Of a DNA stretch of 64,000 nucleotides, positions 54,780-64,000 are shown piece by piece. The DNA is taken from assembly GCA_040954595.2 (NCBI GenBank), contig CM082576.2:5955129-6019128 (forward strand). Reading direction: 5' to 3'. Under the pieces are notes generated by a model. The model was not told where the DNA came from. It ran no database searches and was given only the letters and a program-made list of their open reading frames with translations. The position numbers and the translations under genes are program-made. Numbering within the stretch: the first letter of the stretch is position 1; each line of letters starts with the position of its first letter. The DNA is from Balanoglossus misakiensis. Its lineage: Eukaryota; Animalia; Hemichordata.

Positions 54780-57051
54780 ATGGTGTCTTACGACTTTGAA
54801 CGCCGGCAGCAAAAATCTCGGCGGGACGCGACCCTCCGGGAGAGGCGACGGGTGGCCAAACTGAACACGGCGTTCAACGATCTGAGAGGCAAGCTGCCGG
54901 ACAAACTGCAAGGCGGCAAGACGAAGAGGGAGATCTTGCAAGGGGCGGTGGGCTACATCCAAACGTTGATAAGTCTCCTCGGTTCCGCGCCACATCACTG
55001 CCCGCAGCCACCACTGCCAGTCAATTACCACCCACCCCCACCGATGCCCATATCCCCAGCGCTGTACAACGTTCCTTCAAGGAACGAACCAGTGCAACCA
55101 CCGGGTGGACATGATGATAATACAAACTGGCAAGGATCATCTTTACCCGTTCACAATAATACGCCTATTCCGTCTTACCGACCCAACACTATGGACAGGT
55201 AAATATGTCTCTTTCTACTTTCTTGCGGCCAATAGGTACGACACCTACTTCGGACATCTTTTTGGATGCCCAAATGCTTATTTTTCGATGTGTTTTTTTT
55301 CGGAACAAGCACTACCATGTTTAGTGTCACACTGGGCTGTTCAATAATCCCAAGGCACATGTTACGAATATGTTGAGATTGACAATTTTGCCAAAACGTT
55401 TCCGTGATTACATTTGTCATTTTCAAGTCACGTTTGCCTTGTGTTGCGTTCCCGAAAGTTCCCGGGAGAACCTTTACTTTGTAGACCCATTCTCAGTACT
55501 TAAAACGGAACGTCTTGAACACGACCGCGTCGCATCTATCTGTATAGGTCGCTATAAACTGATGCGATGTGCGACTTTGCTCTTGCTGACGTCAAGTCAT
55601 GTTCCGCGTTACACCCGGGGTAAAAATCAACAGCTCGATTCACAGTTACGAGAAAGGTACACGCCGTTATTTTTACGCGAACTCATTATCAAAATAAAAC
55701 ATAACAAAGGAGTAAAATCATTTATTGATTATTGTGATAATACCTACACCAAAATCATAATTGGCGAGTAAACAAGCTATGGAACCCCGGGCATGCGTTT
55801 TGTGGTCGAGACACCTCCGAACCCCGTGCATACGTAGCCCCTTGTGAATGACAGTTCCCCTGAAGATTACGACGAGAAATTTGATCAGAGTTCCAATATG
55901 GTTTATCGCTCAGATAACCCTGGCCGCAATCAATTCATTTTGATGTCACCTCGGCAGAAGTGATTGGCAGCCACGGCAAGAGGCGCCAGGAGTCTCCTTT
56001 CACGGAGCAGCGCCAAAAGATTAAACTGAGAAATTGTTTTTTTTTGGAGAGTGAAAGCAACTAGGTTTGTTTTGTGTTTTTTTTTTCCGAGCCCCAAATG
56101 CCTATTTGTTAATGGGGTTTACAAGGACACTGTACCCCTGATAGAATTTGTATTGTACTTCGAAAAATATTTAGCTGTTTAGTCGGTAACAATCTATTTG
56201 TTTTATGGCCGAGGAAACTCGACCTGGAAACCGGGTCGGCGTTGCAGCCGATAGGTAGTGCCCAATGCTCGATTTGTTCATTACACACGGGGGCAAAATT
56301 GGAAACAAACGAACGAGGTGACTGATGCGAAAAAAGTGATAACATATTTCGCGCACGGTGGGAAATAAAATCTGCATGGATGATTGCTTTTTTGGACGTT
56401 GGGTTTGCTAACGACCTCCTGGCGAAAGAAAGGGCAGATTGTCTATCAAACGAACAACATCCAAAATGTCACGAGATACCTTTCCCACCGCCTTCAGTAC
56501 GCTTGTATTTCATAGAACGCCGTCGTATCGTTGACGCTGTCCAGATTATCGGGAGTGGGAAGTCTGGGAAGGTGGAAAACTGCGCGAAAAATCACCAGCT
56601 CGTGAAATTACAGTAGTCTGCCGGTTTCTCCCACAGGATGGGTTCACCTTGGAGTCGAAATCCACACTAATTCCGTATCTACCGAAGGACGTTTAAAATG
56701 CCGATTGATTTAATCACTCTTAAAACAATCAAAGTGTCTGAATGAATCATTACTTCGGTGATACATTTAATTATATTTTTTTCATTTAGGTCAAGACAAA
56801 ATGTGCCTTTAAACCAAGACTTTGAGCACCGAGAGGATGATTATTCGGCTTGCGGTAAGTGGTGCTGGCCTCTCAGTTTTGATAGCTTTTTATTTTTATA
56901 TTTTTTCAGCTGATAACTCATTGTGTAGCCAGGACACACATTGCATAATCTCCTTTCCCTGAAAATTTTCTTCCCATCCCCAGGCGAAGTTCCGCCACTG
57001 AAAGACCGCGTTGAAGAGTTACCCAAGACCAACATCTACTGGTTGGAGTAG
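54780..57051 (+). CDS. Divergent MyoD/MRF-like bHLH transcription factor (~183 aa; last exon uncertain)
   Basis: Exon 54780-55198 has the bHLH RRDATLRERRRVAKLNTAFNDLR...KREILQGAVGYIQTLISLL and a Pro-rich segment. Exon 56790-56854 is phase-compatible. The preferred terminal exon is 56984-57051 (GEVPPLKDRVEELPKTNIYWLE*). Confidence 0.75.
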
Positions 57052-59186
57052 TATCCTTGGCAACCACAGTGGAAGGGTGCCAGCCACGCCATCTTTGTTA
57101 TATACTGACGTCACACAGAAAGTTCAGCAGCTAAATTTTCTATTGAAGTCCTAAAAGATTTGGCATATTTTTCGCGCTAACTTCTGGGATATCTTCAAAG
57201 TACAATGGACATTACGAAGACAGAAGTTCGCTATACCGACTTCGGCATACAATGTTATCAATATTTACGAATCTAACGGAAACATGATGAGACGATGAGG
57301 CCGGGGAAGACATTGTCCTCGAAGATTGTAAAGGTTGAAATCTTCATAAATGTGCAATTAATATAAAGACATATCTATTTTAATATATCACATTATATCT
57401 TTTGTATGCTCCCGGTAAAACATAATGGACGAGTGTGTTTCCGTTCATTTTATATTACGAGGTATACCTGTATACTGGTAGATATGCGTGTTACTTTTCT
57501 CTTGAATTGAATTAATTTTAATCAAAAGTTTTTGTTTTCAGAAGAAGGATATAATCAAATGTAGACACCAACGAATTTAGATTTTTTTCATTATCAAGAC
57601 GACCAAGACCATTTTAAACGAAAATATCTCTTCAAGATATAGATAAATAAATTGTCAAAATGACATGAATAAAAATGTCTGGACATGCTCACTTTACCAA
57701 CATGTGCAAAACACATACTCTGATTTGCATATAATATCAGATATGTGCTCTGTCAAACTCGACATATCCGTTCAGTGAAATGGCAGACTATGCAAATCAC
57801 TGACACACATGCAGACGGCCGTAGTCCACACCCGGCAGAATTCAACCACGCCCAAGTCCAAGTCTTACCCACCCATACTGTGTCATGTCTGTTTCAGAAC
57901 TCGATGATGTCGCCCTTTTCTCATTAATGATAATGGCGACCTAACAGCAAAGTGCAAGAGGTGTTTGAAATCACGAGTTACTCATTGCGATTCTTGGACA
58001 GTGGCTTCCCGGACGTTTCCCCAGACTAATGCATTTACCTTTAACCCCAACTATCAGGTTGGAACTGCGGGATGCATTGTCAATGCCCAGGGGAACTGTC
58101 CTGATACCGTCAGTGGGTGTGTGAATAATGTTGTTGGCACAGAGCCAATAATGTGATAAATGCACCTCTTGGGGAATATACATGAGACCCAGTCCCGAAC
58201 GCGTATCGTCAAAACACTCTCCCTTTTTCGCATCCAAGACAATCTGTACACGGACATTACGCTTTGCTATACAGGAGACGTCCTCCCAGACTAGATATGA
58301 ACTTCTACTGTACTTTGAGTCAGCAAACGTTCAAAGGCAGATGACCCCAAAGGTGACGCGCCCCTCTATCATTTGTCTAATCCAGGTGTACGGATTAAGT
58401 AACTTGAGAACACAAATAAGAAATGTGCCGATTTGAATTACAAATTAATAGCAATGACATTTACATGTTGACCAGTTTTATATCAGCGGTGACGGATCAG
58501 GATTCACCAGGGTATCTCTGATATGTCTTGGTTTACCTACTTTCACGTCACTGTTATTTCAAATATTCTATAAAAAAGACTCTCTCGGAAGGTATTAATG
58601 TCAGTATATAGTTGGTGTTTTGCCATCGGTGACACTGACTATGGAGGGCTGGTTTAAAGTATTGCTGTATTACTCGTCTGTCTGTCCCAGTGTCTGTAGA
58701 TCTGTTATAATCTAATTTTCAAGCAGAAGCCATGGTGAAGTTTGTGCTCTCGAATTTATGTCAAGCATGTCAAGAAATCGCAAAAACTGTCCATTTTATG
58801 TCTAATCCTCGCGTATAGGGTATCCGATAATCGACCTGTAATATTTGGACATATTCTACACGGTGCGCCCTCTAATTTTGTCCCGTGAATCTTCCTTGAA
58901 TGTCAAGCTGGTGACGTATCCAAACGGCCAATTCAGGGGGCGTTGCTACTGGAAACAAATCTCAACCTATGAAAACTGATTTAAAAATCCTCTTCGATGC
59001 TTGCACCAGACAAACCACTCAGTAACTATATCCCAAGTAATATTTTCTCTCCAACTGATATAACATTGTAACAGCCCTCGACATCTACCACTTGCACGCC
59101 GCGGTTGTCTAGGATCACACAAATGATGACTCCGTGTATAGCACAGTCCCGGGTCTGGAAGACTTGCAGATAGGGCAACGCAAAAA

Positions 59187-60816
59187 TCATCTTCGCCAAA
59201 GTGTCCCCCACAAGACAAATAACGCTATGCTGTTGAATAAATCAGAAATACACACCTGGATGACCAAGACATTCTGGGCAAGAGAAATTTAAAATCGCTG
59301 GAAAGAATGTACTTTTTAGGTGGTGTTGCTATTGGTGGCGTTGTCAGAGATGAGTAGACGTAGTCTGGAATTAATATTAACATTCTTATTAATTTTCGTG
59401 TGCATACTCACATTGTCATGACCACCAGAAATCCGCATACACAAAAACATTTAATTCGAATGGATGGATGGCATACGTCACACTCAGCCGAATCATCGTA
59501 TGATGGCAGTATCACGATGGGACTGATTTGAGAACGAGCTGATTTGGGTTTGGGTTTCGTTTTTACTGGTGTCACTGGAAAAAAAGGGGTTTTATGAATT
59601 TAGAATATGCGTAATCATGAAAGTCTAGTCAAAAAGACAGAGACAGGGTGAGCATACTTTGAACACTCTGTGTATACGTTGACAAATTGATTATTAGTCT
59701 TCAAAAAATTTGTGAATGTCTTTCACCTTAAGAATAAAAGATTGACAACCGAAATTGAGAATGATAAACCGAACCTGTTGCTGATGTCGCACGGTGGCGC
59801 TTCGATTCATCTTTCAAATTTTGCTTGACGGGACTCTGAGAATTCAGTGATGTTGCTTTCGTCATCTTTACAGTTTCGTCTTTTATTAAGATTTTAGAAT
59901 ACTCCTTAAGTGTTTTAAACACCAAGTCGGCGGTTGGCCGTCTGTGATAGTCTCTTAGCACCATGCGATTAATGAGATTTCTGAGCTCCGGGCTGACGGA
60001 CACTCGGTAGTCCAGAGCACGGACAGCGTTCGGATTCTGGTACATGAGCTTTCCCATGTACGGAATTTCACCGTTGTCCATGCGTAGCGAAAACGGGCAG
60101 TAGTAAAACAGCGCCAGTAGTCCTTTATTTTGGAAAGAAAACGGGTCGACCTGCCGTTCCAGCATCGCCAGAAAGATGACCCCAAGTGAAAAGATGTCGA
60201 TCTTACTGGTGTAATGCTTATCGTACACCTCCGGAGCGATAAAGGCTTCCGTGCCCGCTCCGTAATTTCCGTAGAGTTGTAGGTTCGTCGACTTGAAGAC
60301 GCTCACGTCGTTATTATTCACGGCGGCCGCGTTAACGCTCACTCGACGATCTATATCGGCGATTTTGGAGATTCCGAAATCGGTTACCTTGACGACGTCC
60401 GACCCGCCATCCCTGCGGCAAACCAACACGTTGTCCGGTTTGAGATCGCGGTGCACTATGTCCTTTCCGTGCAGAAAATTCAAGGCGTCGGCCAATTGCG
60501 CCATAAAACGTATATTTATATGCGAGTTACACGGCCGACTCAGTAAGTACTCTTCCAAATTCCCGCCGCTGCAGTACTCCATCACGATGCACAAATGTCG
60601 CGCTTCCAAATAACCGTCGTGGAATTTCACGATGTGATCGTGGTGGGAGATTTTGGCGAAGGCTTCCAGTTCCTTGATTGCGCTGGTCTCCGTCTTGTGG
60701 TTTCCCAGTTGGATCTTCTTGAGGGCGTAAGGCGAGCCCCGCCTGTTCCTGATGAGGTACACACTGCCGAACGCGCCGACGCCCAGCAGACGGACCTCCG
60801 TGTATTCGGACGACAT
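59187..60816 (-). CDS. STK35/PDIK1L-like Ser/Thr kinase with a predicted C-terminal transmembrane tail anchor (~415 aa)
   Basis: ATG 60816 follows an acceptor at 60823. Exon 60816-59775 carries GVGAFGSV, ALKKI, HRDLKPDN, DFG, APE and the family-like HYTSKIDIFSLGVIFLAMLER. Exons 59574-59412 and 59229-59187 add ...CFCVCGFLVVMTIIALFVLWGTLWRR*. The kinase call is firm and the 3' exons are moderately supported. Confidence 0.85.
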
Positions 60817-63249
60817 TTGACTCTGCCGGGGACACGAGAATAAGTGTGAACACACGTTATAAACCGCACAGCGCATATAACTGTAAAAAGAGAGAGAGGC
60901 GCCCTGGCTAATCCCACAGACAACAAAAAGCTGGCTTGAATCACCACCAAGCAACAGCTAGCGTCAGCTGGTGGGATTCGTGTCAACCCGAAACCACGGC
61001 AACTCGACGCTTGAAAACAGACCGAAATTTGATTAATTGCTGGTTGGGTACATTCGCGATGTGTTTTTTTTTTCTTTTAGCAAAATATCGATACGATGCT
61101 AAATGAAAACACTCAATTTCACTACATTGGTCAGTGTAGTAATCTTATGTGGAACGGAGTATGTCTGTAGATATTAATTTGGCTATGATGGTAAAATCTA
61201 GGGAATTAAAAACTCAGTACTTAGGCTACTAGTATTTCGTTTCATTTTTCATCACAGATTAATGCTGGTATTGATCACATCGCCAGGCTGCGCAACATGC
61301 ACTAAATCAGTGTTAGAAATCATTGGATTTTTTTCATGCCTATCATATTTGAGTTCGGCTGATTCGTGATCACAGCAAAAGAATGACGATACTACGGGGA
61401 CGATACCACACACATTCTTTCAAAAAGAACGTCACAGGTAAATACTATAAATAATGTAGTATTCCCCCTAGGAATTTGGAAAAATATGTTTCAAATATTC
61501 GAAATATTAAAGTATCCCAAATGCATCACCTAACGCCGTCGATATCCTGCTATTTTTCGTGTATACGCCCGCTTCTGCGCCGTGTGATGCGGGTAAAACG
61601 GCACACGACTTTGATGTGGGCATACACGCTATAATAATCCTAAGCAGTAATACAAATGCCCACAGAGGAACCGCGAGATATTGATATGGTATTATTTTTT
61701 TTACAGCGTGTTAACCTAACAGATAATAAATTGCCGACTTCATTTTCAAAGTAAATACAGTCCATTGGACGGCCGGATCCACAGCGCAAACATGACTCGG
61801 CGAAGACTTGTCGTGTTGTCCGCAGCTGTCATCGGAAGTGCAAATACTACTAATATCCAGATGAATGACAAAGACGAACGATGATCGATATTCGTCGCTG
61901 ACAGGAAAGCGGGAGCAATAATTCATCTGACTTGGTTATTTTTTGAGAATGAGATGTGCAGCAAAAGTTATACATTTTCACGGCTTTTTGGGGGGATATT
62001 TTCTATCCAGAGCCCAGTGATCTTATCCAATCCGATAAAAGCACAATCTCGGAGGAACAAGGTTATCATTATGAGGGAGCTAATGGACATCCCTTACTCT
62101 AGAATAATAAAAATCTGAGCTAACTTGTCACACTGCATCTAGTACAAATTGTCTCACCACCATGAGGAATTTCGTCAATGGCATGACATATGGTGGGTAA
62201 ACAGCAAACTGTCATACCTGTACAGTCCAATATTACGTGCATTTGACGCAGTCTTTCCTTGTACCATCCATACACCCACGGAGGGGAGAAAGAGGAGGGC
62301 CACGAACAACACAGACCCCCCACTCTCAGACAACTGCTACAGTTGTCTAGTCTCACCATGTACCAGCGATGGTATCAGTTGTTGAACACGGCATTCCCCC
62401 AATGGGAGCCCAACGAGGATAGTAAAATATACTCCCAGAATGCACGACTGGTACTGTCTATTAGCAATATTAATTTTGTTACTAGGCAACAAACACCACG
62501 CCCTGCAATGTTTTGGTTTGAGTTTGCGGGAGACCTGCAATCATCAAGTCTCTTTGTGTGCAGGCATTGAGTGGATTCACATTATGGGCCATAGTGTTTT
62601 CATTAATAAGTGTTACGTAATACACAGCCAGACTGACATTTTAATAGTTTTAATGGATGAGGCCAGTTCACGCATTCACAGAATTGGCCTCCTGTGGTTC
62701 CTTGCAACCGAACTGGACACTGGTCAGATAAACAAACTTCGGGTCAAGTTAGGAGGGTGGGGTGATGGGACTGGTCATGGGTAGGGTACTAGTATTAAGT
62801 AGTGTTCGTGGATGCTGAGGAAAATTTAAATCTATGTATCTGCTGAGGAATACATTGTGAAGACCTGAGCAGTTAGAAATCTGTATAATTTCGTCAGATG
62901 TGTTCTTGTGTGACTGGTCATGTTTCTTGTCCTACTGCAAAAACCATGTTAAAGTTCGTCATGATATCTGCATCATGATCCACAAGACGCAAAAAGCTCG
63001 TTAATGCCCATTGTTTGAACCACCGATTATAACACTTTGAACTTTTAATTCAAAATTCAACATGCTTTTTTCTCCCACACTTTTGAGATCATTATAGGAT
63101 TTCACAGCAATGAAATATTTTAGACCTCAACACATTCAACACACACACACACACAAAGATTTCAGATAATAAATGTACAAAAACCCTTATGTTGGCCAAC
63201 AAAACCAAGATCCTTCCATCAAAACGTGGGCACCATAAACAAGACACTA

Positions 63250-63371
63250 CTATGGTGGATCCCCTGTAGAGAAACGTTTCTTGAGGATGCTTTTGTGCAG
63301 AGAGACAGAAGCCATGCCTTGATCCGTGTGAGCAGAACTTGGTGAGGCTGGTCTCTCTGGAAACCATGCAT
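63250..63371 (-). CDS. Candidate terminal exon of a minus-strand gene extending beyond the window
   Basis: Acceptor ttttttacccccAG, then an open frame (D/Y)AWFPERPASPSSAHTDQGMASVSLHKSILKKRFSTGDPP* containing a SILK motif. Confidence 0.3.
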
Positions 63372-64000
63372 CTGGGGGTAAAAAAATGAGATATTCATCT
63401 TTAAAGTCAGTCATGCAAGTGAGCCAACATGGACTTACATTTGTCGCACATACATGATATTTCAAAGGTCAAAACATGACATACATGTGTACCGGTAATA
63501 AAAAAATTTCGCTGTCCAAGCCATGTGTACAATCGCTATTTTTATCATACAAATGCATAACTTGGAAAATAAATATTGCTAGAATATTTTTCCTTCTGAG
63601 AAGTGGGATTCTCTGCATATGTATTAAAAAATCAACACCTATGTTTGAGTTTCTCTCTAAACTACAATAAAATTATTTTTGATCAAACAACCATGAAACA
63701 AAACAAACAAGTCGTTGATTCAGTAAATATTAGTGTTGACATCACAGTGTAAATGAGTGTTTCCATCAGTACAGCCAACAGGCTGCTGCAATGTGTGATT
63801 TAATTTAAATCTGTCTATCCATACAGTAATATGAGCACACTAGAACAGAATGCTGCATGGCAAGCTGTGTTGATCTATTGGCAGAACAGTTCATGTCATT
63901 TTTGTTTTTATTCAAATACATGTAACACATTCCCAAGCACAGAGCGAGAAAGGCTAACTTTTCACAATACTCTAATTATGCAACTTTGCTGGCAGTCCAT

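Noticed and set aside
59365-59411. Alternative kinase acceptor at 59365
   Set aside because: It would need a 47-nt intron, shorter than the well-supported introns here. The 59230 acceptor gives a coherent TM helix.
60817-60954. N-terminal extension of the 408-aa kinase ORF
   Set aside because: It starts at a non-ATG codon and crosses a splice acceptor at 60823. The first ATG in exon context is 60816.

Overview
Eukaryotic (animal, probably marine invertebrate) genomic DNA with short GT-AG introns. I found no prokaryotic features, RNA genes or CRISPR arrays. Gene order: (1) three tandem, same-strand paralogous cadherin-related genes at 1-23.3 kb (the first is 5'-truncated by the window), each with about 8 EC repeats, a SEA/MAD-like juxtamembrane domain carrying an invariant RRRLL motif, one TM helix, a Cys cluster and a divergent tail; (2) NDUFAF5 (+); (3) an orphan secreted acidic pre-pro-protein (-); (4) syntaxin-5 (-), head-to-head with (5) cobalamin-dependent methionine synthase MTR (+, 24 exons); (6) a divergent MyoD-like bHLH gene (+); (7) an STK35/PDIK1L-like kinase (-) whose spliced 3' exons build a C-terminal transmembrane tail anchor; (8) a possible last exon of a further minus-strand gene near the window end. 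The best candidate for an undescribed system is the cadherin cluster. It has a putative site-1-protease cleavage motif, near-identical ectodomain patches that look like gene conversion, a shared promoter element and a cytoplasmic F[DE]FRYxxRPH motif that one paralog lacks. All gene models were built by eye from splice signals and reading-frame continuity, and no database searches were run.
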